From contig JBOEGD010000015.1 in NCBI GenBank assembly GCA_050633245.1, forward strand, positions 37,285 through 101,284: a DNA stretch of 64,000 bases, written 5' to 3'. Every line of letters starts with the position of its first letter. Position 1 is the first letter of the stretch. Origin of the DNA: Calditrichia bacterium (GTDB taxonomy: Bacteria > Calditrichota > Calditrichia > RBG-13-44-9 > J075). This document shows positions 10,385-19,958 of the stretch, one piece after another. A model generated the notes under the pieces. It ran no database searches, had not been told where the DNA came from, and worked only from the letters and a program-made list of their open reading frames with translations. Position numbers and translations under genes: made by a program.

Positions 10385-10554
10385 AACCCGGGTTCAGCTA
10401 TCGAATGTTTTTAGACTGGATGGCAAAAAAAGACTGCATCTAAGATGGTGTTTTGTTCTCGTGGTATCGTTGCCTTGGATAATCTATCTTCCCAGGCCAT
10501 TTCAATGATGCAATCGATACCCGCTTTTTTCAGTTGAATATGCTTCAGAACCTG

Positions 10555-11205
10555 TTATCCTGCTGAAAACATAATGTGGCAAAGCCCGAACATAAACACA
10601 GAGAATACCAATCCAGCCAGAAAAACATCATAAGCAGTGCGAATATATTTATAGCGGCGACTCAGATCCAAACCAAGATGATGAATATCTTTCTTGATGG
10701 TAGAGTAAAGAAATTCGCGCTTCTGCATCATACGATCAACCGCCCACTCATAATCTGATTCAGACATTTTATAAAAGTCATCGAACGTCATTAATCTGGC
10801 CTGTCCCTGTTCCACTTGTTCCTTGGTAAATGCCCCCTTCTCAACGGTTGGTCGTGTAGCAAAGATTGCATAGGCCATCGAGATAAGGTTGGTAAGAATC
10901 ATTGGGCCAATTGCCCAGAGTAAATGGGGATCGGTATCGAGCCGTGAATAAAGGCTTCCAAGAATGACTGAAATAATGATCGAATTGACCGTTACCAGAA
11001 TATTAGACTTGGTATCAACGATCTGACGTCTTGTATAGAGATTGCGTGAGGTTACACGAAACCAGGTTTCGATCCCCTTCTCTGGCATCCCCTCATACTT
11101 CGAAAGCTTTTTCTTTAACTTTTTAACTTCTTCCTGGTCCGCACGAAAGGCTGTTGCCAAAACCTTTTCCTGGCTATTATCACTTTTTCCGGATTTTTTC
11201 TTCAT
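10555..11205 (-). CDS. Pycsar-type transmembrane effector domain protein (DUF5706-like), stand-alone
   Basis: 'GIETWFRVTSRN....QIVDTKSNILVTVNSIIISV', 'AIFATRP', 'F.DF.KM....Y', 'D.HHLG..L.RRYKYIR.AY.VFL.G' with 3 TM helices. ORF-track start is 11268. Confidence 0.8.
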   Translation of the reverse strand: MKKKSGKSDNSQEKVLATAFRADQEEVKKLKKKLSKYEGMPEKGIETWFRVTSRNLYTRRQIVDTKSNILVTVNSIIISVILGSLYSRLDTDPHLLWAIGPMILTNLISMAYAIFATRPTVEKGAFTKEQVEQGQARLMTFDDFYKMSESDYEWAVDRMMQKREFLYSTIKKDIHHLGLDLSRRYKYIRTAYDVFLAGLVFSVFMFGLCHIMFSAG

Positions 11206-11298
11206 AGAAGGCTTCCCAAGTTGTTTTAAACTCAGCATACAGCGAATAAATCTCTTACCAAATATCAACTAATTGGGGAACCTAGACAACCCATTTGA

Positions 11299-12987
11299 CT
11301 ATTTCACAACTGGCATTGTGGTCTTCTGCCTTGCCAGCTGCAAATTCTTTTGATATAGATCAAATAGAACATCTCCATTTACCTTGGCAATTTCGACAGC
11401 CTTGGAATAGTTTTGCAGCGCTTCAGAATAATTTTCAATCGCCATATAGTAGTCTCCCAGACTATCCCAGCTATTCGCGGCATGTGGTCTCTCGAGAGCA
11501 TTCTTTTGAAAACACCTCAACGCCAAATCCAGGTAATTATCTTCAAGGAAATAATAGCCCATTTTATTGACAAAGAAAGGACGCAGACTTTTGCGCGCGA
11601 AAAACCGATCCATTACGAGATTCGCCCCGGCAGTATCTCCAGCATCCTGATGGATAAAAATGATGCCCATCATCGATCGATCCGAAGGTAAAACCTGATA
11701 GCCACAAAGATCTGATAAGCGTGAGAAGTATGCGTCCAGTGCTTTCAAGCCACCGTTCTCTTGAAAAACCTCCAGGGAGTTCCACTCTGGATAACCAGAA
11801 AGCCCATGCTGCTTAGTTAATCCATTGGCCACCCTGTGCAGCTGATAGATAAACTCCTGATCTCGTATCGGGCTAATGTTGGATAGAAAAATGATCGTCG
11901 TGCCGTCATCGAACAGAGAGATAGACGAACGATAACCAGACAACGCCCCACCATGCGTAATCATGCGTAGTGAAGTATTCCGCTCAATCAGATCATTCCA
12001 ATTATGCAACCAGCCATAGCAATAGCCATCCCGGTTTGGCGAAAGCATCTTTTTCATATTTGATTCAGAAAGCAGCGATCCATTTCTAATTGCCTCGCTC
12101 CATCTAAACAAATCACCAACAGTTGAGTGCATTCCACCTGTAGAGTATTTATTTGACTGATCGCGAAATGGCGCCGGAGTGATCGTACCACCATACTTTT
12201 GGAATAACCATTCAATCCCCTCAGATTCTACATAACGATATCCTATGGCTACACTATCTTTTATAAAGGAGTTGTTGGCAAATCCTGTATCATGCAATTT
12301 CAACGGCTCAGTAATATGAAATTTGAGTAACTCTGAAAATGACTTTCCAGAGACTTCCTCAAGAATTGAACCCAGAATTATATATCCCAAACTGCTATAG
12401 GCATAGCCCTCTCCAGGCTGATATAAAAGGTGTGTTTTTCCGACCAGATCTGCAAGCTCATCTGGCGTATAAACTGAAGTAGAAAAGCTCTCTTCATCTA
12501 CACCTATTTCGATAAGTCCTTCATAATGAGGTAATCCGGAGGTATGGGAGAGCAGCTGATGAATCGAAATCCGGTCTCCGTACTCCGCAGGGAAGTTATC
12601 AAGATGCTTCGAAATAACATCACCCAAGGAAAGCAAACCCGATTCAACATGTTGCATAACCAGCATAGCAGTAAATTGCTTTGTTATCGACGCAATTGGG
12701 AATCGAGTACCAACAGCGTTTTCTATTTTCTCAATCCGGTTAGAAAAGCCATAGGCCTTTTGAAATACAATTTCTCCGTTTTTCGCAACAAGGACAGCTC
12801 CGCTAAATGGACTGCTGATCTTGCGACTTTGGCCTTTTTCTGCATAGCTCTGCATCAGAGCATTAAGGTTTGTTTCTTGAGAACTGCATGCAGAAAGCAG
12901 GCAGAAAACAACTGTCAGACAAATAAATTTAGTGACGGTGATATTTCGGTAAGATTTGAATTTGGAACAAATCGCGTTTGAAATCAT
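11299..12987 (-). CDS. Serine hydrolase (beta-lactamase class C/AmpC-like family) lipoprotein with C-terminal TPR
   Basis: SITK (SxxK), LLSHTSG, YSS, HGG motifs; lipobox LSAC; 'ANSWDSLGDYY' TPR tail. Confidence 0.9.
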   Translation of the reverse strand: MISNAICSKFKSYRNITVTKFICLTVVFCLLSACSSQETNLNALMQSYAEKGQSRKISSPFSGAVLVAKNGEIVFQKAYGFSNRIEKIENAVGTRFPIASITKQFTAMLVMQHVESGLLSLGDVISKHLDNFPAEYGDRISIHQLLSHTSGLPHYEGLIEIGVDEESFSTSVYTPDELADLVGKTHLLYQPGEGYAYSSLGYIILGSILEEVSGKSFSELLKFHITEPLKLHDTGFANNSFIKDSVAIGYRYVESEGIEWLFQKYGGTITPAPFRDQSNKYSTGGMHSTVGDLFRWSEAIRNGSLLSESNMKKMLSPNRDGYCYGWLHNWNDLIERNTSLRMITHGGALSGYRSSISLFDDGTTIIFLSNISPIRDQEFIYQLHRVANGLTKQHGLSGYPEWNSLEVFQENGGLKALDAYFSRLSDLCGYQVLPSDRSMMGIIFIHQDAGDTAGANLVMDRFFARKSLRPFFVNKMGYYFLEDNYLDLALRCFQKNALERPHAANSWDSLGDYYMAIENYSEALQNYSKAVEIAKVNGDVLFDLYQKNLQLARQKTTMPVVK

Positions 12988-13063
12988 TGTTCAGAAGCTC
13001 CATTGTGTTGATATCAGAATATTGCTTTTGAACAAATCTATCGCAAATCACGCAAAATGATTG

Positions 13064-13091
13064 CGCCATTTCTATGTCATCTTTACGTCAT
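13064..13091 (-). promoter_or_regulatory. Three direct repeats at 11-bp period (ATGACG/ATGACA/ATGGCG), likely operator of the adjacent XRE regulator
   Basis: cgccat at 13064, tgtcat at 13075 and cgtcat at 13086, between the XRE gene and the serine hydrolase. Confidence 0.5.
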
Positions 13092-13100
13092 TCACTACGC

Positions 13101-13715
13101 TTAGAGTAAATTGGGAACCATCGGAAATTCTGCGCACTCGGCATCATTTAGCTTAAGTGTCATCTTAACGAGCGCAAAAACGTTGACTGCCAACATCAGC
13201 ACATACATCATTAATACCGGATGAAACTGCCCCGGATTTGATGTACCAAGCAACAATGTCGCAATCCCGGGAGTAATAGCAACAAGCATAAACGTTACGA
13301 TTGTCCAGAGAATTTGAAAACTGATAATCACTCCACCAAGACGTCGGATGACTGCATTCTGCCGATTGCGATACCAGATAATGAACGGAATTAAAATATT
13401 TGCAATCAGTGGAAGGACAAAGCAAAGTGAGGATAAGATCATCAGCTTTAATGGCATATAATTCAGATTGTGCTCATCTGGTCGATTCGCTTCGGTTTTC
13501 CCTGCTTCGGGAATAGTAAATGAACAACCCAGCGCATCTGCTAATGCCTTTACTGTAAAGGGTTGAGGACGAACCGCGCCTCGCTCTATTCGTTGAATTG
13601 TCCGTAGTGAAATACCTGAATCTTCCGCCAGCATTTCCTGTGAAAGGTTCATTGCCTGTCGGGAATTAACAACCTGTTGAGCAAATAGCGTTCTTTGTTT
13701 CGGTTCACGCATCAT
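13101..13715 (-). CDS. XRE-family HTH regulator with C-terminal membrane domain (DUF4870-like)
   Basis: 'LSQEMLAEDSGISLRTIQRIERG...P...TVKALADAL' plus 'NILIPFIIW' and 'IISFQILWT' TM segments. Confidence 0.88.
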   Translation of the reverse strand: MMREPKQRTLFAQQVVNSRQAMNLSQEMLAEDSGISLRTIQRIERGAVRPQPFTVKALADALGCSFTIPEAGKTEANRPDEHNLNYMPLKLMILSSLCFVLPLIANILIPFIIWYRNRQNAVIRRLGGVIISFQILWTIVTFMLVAITPGIATLLLGTSNPGQFHPVLMMYVLMLAVNVFALVKMTLKLNDAECAEFPMVPNLL

Positions 13716-13939
13716 ATCCTCACTTTCATTTTTATACTTACCATCAATTGGTATTCGTAAAAATACTGGGAAAGATTCGTGAAGACTGAATCGTCGAAAA
13801 AAATTAGTGTTTAGAATTAGAATAGAAGGTTAATATTTTGTCAGGCTGAGGAATCCATTCGTATGTAACCCGGCATTATAACTCGCGCTATCATCCGATA
13901 ATTTGGTAAACATCCTAACCCGTGCATGGAGGAATAAAA

Positions 13940-14401
13940 ATGATATCCATTGTGAAAGTAACCAGCGCAGATTTAAGCGAAGTTGTCAAACTTGTGCAGC
14001 TTCTTCTAACTGAGCTTGGAGGAACAAATGCGGGCAGTAGCAGTGCCGATTCGAACTCTATTCTATCGAGAATGAATGCAGACGAGCTTGATCATACAGC
14101 ATTTCTTGCGCAAGACGTTGAGGGAAAATCTGTCGGCGTCATAACGGTGGTAGAGACATTTGCAATTTATGCGGGAGGGAAATACGGAATTATTAACGAA
14201 ATGTATGTTGCCCCAGAATACCGTTCACAGAACATTGGGCAACAGCTTATCGATGCCGTTAAGAATCTTGCACAAGAAAGAGGCTGGGCGAGAGTTGACG
14301 TAACGGCACCTCCTGAACAACAATGGAAGCGCTCAGTTCAATTCTATGAATCTAATGGCTTTGTATTTACCGGCCCAAAACTAAAGTTTAAGCTTACATA
14401 G
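13940..14401 (+). CDS. GNAT family N-acetyltransferase
   Basis: 'EMYVAPEYRSQNIGQQLI', 'FYESNGF'; GGAGG RBS. Confidence 0.9.
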   Translation: MISIVKVTSADLSEVVKLVQLLLTELGGTNAGSSSADSNSILSRMNADELDHTAFLAQDVEGKSVGVITVVETFAIYAGGKYGIINEMYVAPEYRSQNIGQQLIDAVKNLAQERGWARVDVTAPPEQQWKRSVQFYESNGFVFTGPKLKFKLT

Positions 14402-14510
14402 GCTAGCCCAAAAGCCGAAAGGAATAACGCTATACCAAATTTCACACTTGATAGAAATATTCTCTTTAGCCACTATGATGATGTAAACAGCGCGGTAACA
14501 ATAAATCGAA

Positions 14511-14963
14511 ATGAAAATAGGCCTTCAATTGAATCGCACTCCCCCCCGGAGCAAATCATTAATTGTCCTTCTAACCTGCCTCATTATATTCGTGGTAACG
14601 GCCTGCTTTGATTCAAACGATGAAGAAGAGTATCTCGCTGTCGTTGGAACATTTAACATTCCGGATAGTGTTGAGTTCGGCAACTTTATTCACATTAAGC
14701 TTTTCTCCACTGGTTTTAGCGGATGCTGGGAAAAGAGCTATGATAAAGTTTTACGTATCAGTGAAGGCTATCTGATTATTCCATATGACAAGATATCAAA
14801 TACATACGATGTATGTACAGATGCACTAACCAGTATTGAACATGAAATCTTCATCCGTCCTCAAAAGTTAGGTGTTTCCGAAATACATGTTCAATATCGG
14901 CCGTTCATTTCTGAAAACGGCGAGTCACAAAAGACCTTTACCAAGGAAGTTATTGTCTACTAA
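14511..14963 (+). CDS. Hypothetical lipoprotein
   Basis: Lipobox VTAC; 'SGCW' and 'VCTDAL' cysteine pair. Confidence 0.6.
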   Translation: MKIGLQLNRTPPRSKSLIVLLTCLIIFVVTACFDSNDEEEYLAVVGTFNIPDSVEFGNFIHIKLFSTGFSGCWEKSYDKVLRISEGYLIIPYDKISNTYDVCTDALTSIEHEIFIRPQKLGVSEIHVQYRPFISENGESQKTFTKEVIVY

Positions 14964-15093
14964 ACGGGCGATGTATTGCCAGATTAGCTCCATAATGCGC
15001 TGAAGAGGAAACAAATTCTTCATTTGAGCATGCTACGTCCCTTTCGCTCTCACTACTTGCATCTGGCTTCTAACTTCCAGCTTCTTAGGCCTT

Positions 15094-16113
15094 CTACTCT
15101 TCCCTGCCGTTCGCATGTAGCGCAAAACGCCCTTTATTTTTGTCGTGAACCTGCTCGTGATTTGGCCATGGCCAGCCACCAAACTGAGTGCGGCGGTATT
15201 CAGCAAACGCTTCCTGAATCTCTTCCTGCGTATTCATAACAAACGGACCGTGTTGAGCGACAGGCTCATTAATTGGCTTACCTTGTAGCAGAAGTAAGAA
15301 ACAGTCCTCATCACCCGCCTGCAGTTTTACAGCCACATCAGGTGTCAGATTAACAGAATGATTCGCCTCAACCGTTTCGCCGGCAATTAACATGCTGTCA
15401 CCCCGGTAAAAATATAGCGAGCGGTTCAAACCCTTTGCAGCTTCCGGTAAGATCCAGGTGGCATTTGCTTCCAGTTTTATGGTTAATATAGCTACCTGGT
15501 TTTCAGGTTTGGCAGCCCATGAATCCGGCGTTGGTTGCGGAGCATTCAGTCCACCTAGGTGTCCGGCAATCACATTGATCTCTGCAATTCTTCCGGCACT
15601 GTCTTTCTCTTGCAAAAGCGGAATATCATTATTCCACAGCATTCTGAAATGCGGCTCCACAAACTTGCTGGCAGCCGGCAGGTTCAGCCACAGCTGAAAC
15701 AGCTCAAGTGGATTTTCCTTCTCCTCATTCACCAAGGGGAACATTTCCGAGTGTAGCACGCCTTTTCCGGCTGTCATCCACTGCACGTCTCCTGCTCCGA
15801 AGCGTCCGGAGGCGCCAAGTGAATCGGTGTGATCGACCAGCCCCTCCTTGACAATGGTAACGGTTTCAAATCCACGATGCGGATGATAGGGAAAGCCCGG
15901 TATCTTCTCACCATGATACATGCGCCAGCCATCTTTTATTACAAAATCCTGCCCAATATTACGGCCTTGCAACGATGCAGCAGGTCCCATGTCGCCATCG
16001 CCTTTCGGGTATTCATCGCGATGATGCACGCAGAATAAAAACGGATCCTGCGTTTCCCAAGGAAAGCCGAGAGGCTTAATATTTAAAATCGATTTGCTTT
16101 TAGATTGAGTCAT
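15094..16113 (-). CDS. Pirin family protein
   Basis: 'HPHRGFETVT', 'VQWMTAGKGVLHSEM', 'QLWLNLP', 'GPFVMNT'. Confidence 0.95.
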   Translation of the reverse strand: MTQSKSKSILNIKPLGFPWETQDPFLFCVHHRDEYPKGDGDMGPAASLQGRNIGQDFVIKDGWRMYHGEKIPGFPYHPHRGFETVTIVKEGLVDHTDSLGASGRFGAGDVQWMTAGKGVLHSEMFPLVNEEKENPLELFQLWLNLPAASKFVEPHFRMLWNNDIPLLQEKDSAGRIAEINVIAGHLGGLNAPQPTPDSWAAKPENQVAILTIKLEANATWILPEAAKGLNRSLYFYRGDSMLIAGETVEANHSVNLTPDVAVKLQAGDEDCFLLLLQGKPINEPVAQHGPFVMNTQEEIQEAFAEYRRTQFGGWPWPNHEQVHDKNKGRFALHANGREE

Positions 16114-16240
16114 TTCAGCATCCTTTAAGTTTTAATTACATCTTGGATGCAAAATACTTGAATTGCGTTACAGAATCTGAAGGGTGGTCATCCCGAAGTG
16201 AGACAATAAGCCTCGAAGGCAGGGCTCATTAACAAATCAG

Positions 16241-16957
16241 CTACTTTTTTCCAATACTAAAGATCAGGCCGGAAGAGAAATAAAATGCCGGAGTTCTTTT
16301 CGAGTTGTACGGGAAGAGGTAGCCATACCCAACTTCGAAGATAAATCTTTGCCTATCATCGATCTGCCCCTCTGCCCCGAGATTTAGCAATGTAAACCAG
16401 GTATCCGGTGGTGCAACAGAATCTTCATCAGATCCCATTCCATCAGAAAAAACAATATCACCCGGATATCCCTTTGCAACCGCAACTCTTAATGTACTGT
16501 AGAAATTCCAAGGCTTATTGCGCAGGGTTCCTGCTGTCAATCCCAAATCAGCCCCTAAACTTTTTCCATCTGAATCATCAGCTGCGCCAAACCCCGTTTC
16601 CAACCTGATGTGGTTCGCAAGCTGGTACCTGTGCGCAAGCTTTAATGCCATTGCGCCTTCGTCCTGTCGGATAATTCCCATAAAGTCGATGCCGAGATCC
16701 GTTTTCTCGCCTAGTCCATACTTATAGCGCCCAAACCAGCCGTGGGCACCCGAATGCGCCCCTTCAAACAATGCAACTCCCGTCCCGACGGCGATTGCTG
16801 CTTCTGAGGTTTTGTGTTTTGTTGTCTTTGGTCCACCATAAGTAAAGAGTGGCGTAGGAGGAGCAAAGTGAACGCAGCCATAAAACAACAGCATTGAACC
16901 TAAAAAAAATATTCGCTTAAACCACGGAGAAACCCTGCTCATCATTTTCATATTCAT
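16241..16957 (-). CDS. Hypothetical outer-membrane (lipo)protein
   Basis: Lipobox-like FYGC; Gly/aromatic beta-strand pattern; lies downstream of an AraC regulator. Confidence 0.55.
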   Translation of the reverse strand: MNMKMMSRVSPWFKRIFFLGSMLLFYGCVHFAPPTPLFTYGGPKTTKHKTSEAAIAVGTGVALFEGAHSGAHGWFGRYKYGLGEKTDLGIDFMGIIRQDEGAMALKLAHRYQLANHIRLETGFGAADDSDGKSLGADLGLTAGTLRNKPWNFYSTLRVAVAKGYPGDIVFSDGMGSDEDSVAPPDTWFTLLNLGAEGQIDDRQRFIFEVGYGYLFPYNSKRTPAFYFSSGLIFSIGKK

Positions 16958-17110
16958 TTTTTGCTCCCGGTCGAATTCTCAAATAGAATTTTCGACCTAA
17001 AATAAGAAATTCAGGAAAAAAAACTTGCGTCCTTATCGGCAAATAGAAGTTCCCGATCGGGTCGGTAATGATAATTGCCAGCAAATACACAGGAAATAAT
17101 AAGAAGGGTT

Positions 17111-18280
17111 CTAACCGGACTTACTTCGATATTGCGAAGGAGTCATTTGCATTTGTTTTCGAAAGGCAGCATTGAAAGAAGAGACTGAATTGAAGCCGGA
17201 TAGAAGCGCAATTTGTGCAATAGTATAATGTTGTTTTGATGAATCATGGAGTAAAATCTTCGCCTCATCAACGCGATAAGCATTAACCATCCCGAAGAAA
17301 TTACAATCCAGTTTTGTATTAATCACCTGAGATAAATCATGTTGTGACAAACCCATCTTGTTCGCAAGCGTTGCCAATTTCAATTCCGCATTCAAATACG
17401 GTTTTTCTTCATTCATGACCGTCAAAAGTTTATGTAAAAATTTTTCAGCTCTTGCATCAGACAGGCCAGACTTGGCGTATTTGCTTTTTGATACATCCAG
17501 CAGTGCATTTTTCATGGTTCCCTTTCGTTCTCCATGGAAAATTACCGGCTGCATTAATCCAACATAGCCGATTGAATACATAAGTAGTGATACCAACAGC
17601 CAGACCTGGTTAAGGTTTTCTATTCGCGTTCCCCATAGATAGGAACCTTTTATGCCGGGCATTGGTCCGATAAAAGAATTTAAGGCAAGACCCCAAGTAA
17701 CCAATAAGGCGGTAAACAAAAAGACGAGCCATTTAATATTGAGCTTATCAACAGAGACGGCAGTCCCCATTAAGAGCTCACGGTTCCCATAAAGAACGTG
17801 CAAGATGAGGGTTAAATAGATGCACGATTGCAGTAAAACTAAACCGGCTATTAATGGGCAAAACTCACATACCTGAGAGAAGTTTGCGAGGATATAGTCA
17901 ACTTTTTCAGAAGTAGTCTTAAGATAAAATCGCGAGAAAAGCAGAACGCAAATTAAAGTTGGCAAAAGGTGCAACAGAGCAGTTTTTTTAAGCCTGTAGG
18001 CACGCAGAATAAGCCTTTTGGCATAGAGGTAGTTTAGCGGCCCCAGTAAAAATATCAGCGGCAAAGTTGTTCTGGCAAGGTGTGGCAGGTATAGCACATA
18101 CCCGGAGGCTTCCAGAACAAAAGAGAATATGATGATGGAATAGACAAGAAGTGTACCTCCTAAAAGTCGATTCGCAGCAACATTGCCCCTTTTGCCAAGC
18201 AAGAAGTAGGTTGCCAGCAGAATTCCCTGTACCGCACCAAGAATGAGTATTACCTGAATTGTGCTTAAGGATGCTTGCAT
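17111..18280 (-). CDS. Membrane-bound AraC-family regulator
   Basis: About 7 TM helices, then 'KPYLNAELKL..LA', 'VNAYRVDEAK', 'GFNSVSSFNAAFRK..MTPSQYR'. Confidence 0.92.
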   Translation of the reverse strand: MQASLSTIQVILILGAVQGILLATYFLLGKRGNVAANRLLGGTLLVYSIIIFSFVLEASGYVLYLPHLARTTLPLIFLLGPLNYLYAKRLILRAYRLKKTALLHLLPTLICVLLFSRFYLKTTSEKVDYILANFSQVCEFCPLIAGLVLLQSCIYLTLILHVLYGNRELLMGTAVSVDKLNIKWLVFLFTALLVTWGLALNSFIGPMPGIKGSYLWGTRIENLNQVWLLVSLLMYSIGYVGLMQPVIFHGERKGTMKNALLDVSKSKYAKSGLSDARAEKFLHKLLTVMNEEKPYLNAELKLATLANKMGLSQHDLSQVINTKLDCNFFGMVNAYRVDEAKILLHDSSKQHYTIAQIALLSGFNSVSSFNAAFRKQMQMTPSQYRSKSG

Positions 18281-18393
18281 GGTATTGTACGATTGCTCCT
18301 CGTTAGAGTATCAACAAAACATACCATCTACGAGCGATAATAGCAAACCTACGCGTTGCCAGATTCGCTCCAACGGGTAAATAGCTCCCCTCT

Positions 18394-19263
18394 TTACTTA
18401 TCCCCGGTTTCCATCTCAACCCAAAGATCCGGATATGTTGTATCCTTCACATCCACCATAACATATCCTTTTTGCGTGGCGATATTGATCATAAACGGCA
18501 CGCCTTTTCTCTTCTTATCGCCTTCACAGGTAATCCAGTCGGGATGGTTCGACCAATGGTGATTGTCGCCCATTGTTTCTCCCGGCATGACGCTGTGGGA
18601 GATTGTCTGATGAAGCATTGAGTTGGTATTAGTCTGGTTCAATCGATTGATATAGACGTTAAGATGGTGTGGTTTTCCGTTATCATTGTATGTTATAAAC
18701 CGTCCATCCGGTGAAATTCCAGCAGAGCAATTATCATCTTGATATTCGATATGCGTGCGCGTATCAAGATCAATAGCGCGGAGAATATGCCCATCCCGGC
18801 AGACCAGGCGGTTTTGCTTGGCAGACATGCCGATTTCACCTGTGCACTGCACAAAGTCTATCAGAACTCGCTGCTCCTGCAGGTCAATATCAACCGCCAT
18901 TACCATATCATCCACAATAAACAGCACTTCTTTTCCGTTGGGGTGAAATTCAAGCGGGCAGTTTTTATCTTCCTCGGCATAATCTACCAAGTCAATTCTG
19001 TTCGTACCATCGGCATTTACAACATAAATCGTGCTGCCGTCCTTAACCGCAACCTGATTGCCGTTCGGGCTCCAGCGAGCAAAGTCTCCCCTGCCCAACT
19101 CAGTATATTCCGGATTGTCCAATTGATGTGCTCTAACGCGGTTATCCTTTACGTAAACAACCTTTCCGCTTATCCCTCCAACCTGGGCAAAGGCCGGGAA
19201 AGAGCATCCGGTAAGCAGGAGCAGCACTATTTCGAAAATTTTTCTCATATCGGCTATAAACAT
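18394..19263 (-). CDS. Secreted TolB-like beta-propeller protein
   Basis: Signal peptide; 'ARWSPNG', 'VVNADGTN', 'FHPNGKEV', 'ISPDGRFI', 'WSNHPDW', 'YPDLWV'. Confidence 0.7.
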   Translation of the reverse strand: MFIADMRKIFEIVLLLLTGCSFPAFAQVGGISGKVVYVKDNRVRAHQLDNPEYTELGRGDFARWSPNGNQVAVKDGSTIYVVNADGTNRIDLVDYAEEDKNCPLEFHPNGKEVLFIVDDMVMAVDIDLQEQRVLIDFVQCTGEIGMSAKQNRLVCRDGHILRAIDLDTRTHIEYQDDNCSAGISPDGRFITYNDNGKPHHLNVYINRLNQTNTNSMLHQTISHSVMPGETMGDNHHWSNHPDWITCEGDKKRKGVPFMINIATQKGYVMVDVKDTTYPDLWVEMETGDK

Positions 19264-19403
19264 AATACGATAAACACGTTCTCCTGTGAGGTATTTCGTA
19301 ATTGATGTATCGGAAATTCTATAAATACTTCGTTCTAACCGGGATCTTGAATTCCGGAGTTATCCAACTGTTTAGTACAATGTTGCCATGATAGTGCTGA
19401 TCT

Positions 19404-19880
19404 TTATTTCTCAAAAAGCTGAACGCGATTACCGTCAGGATCTTTAACAATGACCATCCTTCTTCCGCTGTGCTGATCTTTAACAACGTCACCATTGAAC
19501 TCCACTCCGGCATTCTTTAATCGGGTTACCCACTGATCCAATTCTGCCACTAAATAGCCAATTTTAAAAAGTCCGATGATGCGGATCTTTTTGGGAGTTT
19601 CCACCATCAGTTCTCCAGGAGAAACAGCACCCTTCAGTTCAATAAGTTCAATCCAGGCCTTTCCGCATTTCAGATTTGCCATGCGCAGACCGCGTTCTTC
19701 CAGATCAACGCGACTTACCATTTCAAACCCAAGATTATTGGTATACCATTCAAGGGTGGTATCGATATTACTGACAATCATGGCTGTAAAATAGGGCTCA
19801 GGATCTGATATGGGATCGTCCTGCGAAAATAGGGTAAATGGAATTAGCAAAAGCATCAATACAGTGACAAACGATTTCAT
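19404..19880 (-). CDS. Secreted VOC/glyoxalase family protein
   Basis: 'VSNIDTTLEWYTNNLGF', 'IELIE', 'VKDPDGNRVQLFE'. Confidence 0.9.
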   Translation of the reverse strand: MKSFVTVLMLLLIPFTLFSQDDPISDPEPYFTAMIVSNIDTTLEWYTNNLGFEMVSRVDLEERGLRMANLKCGKAWIELIELKGAVSPGELMVETPKKIRIIGLFKIGYLVAELDQWVTRLKNAGVEFNGDVVKDQHSGRRMVIVKDPDGNRVQLFEK

Positions 19881-19958
19881 GGAAACCTCTCATCTTTAAA
19901 TGAACATGATATGTATGGATTACTTAAATAAGGTGAGAGGGGTTGCAATAAATCTAAT

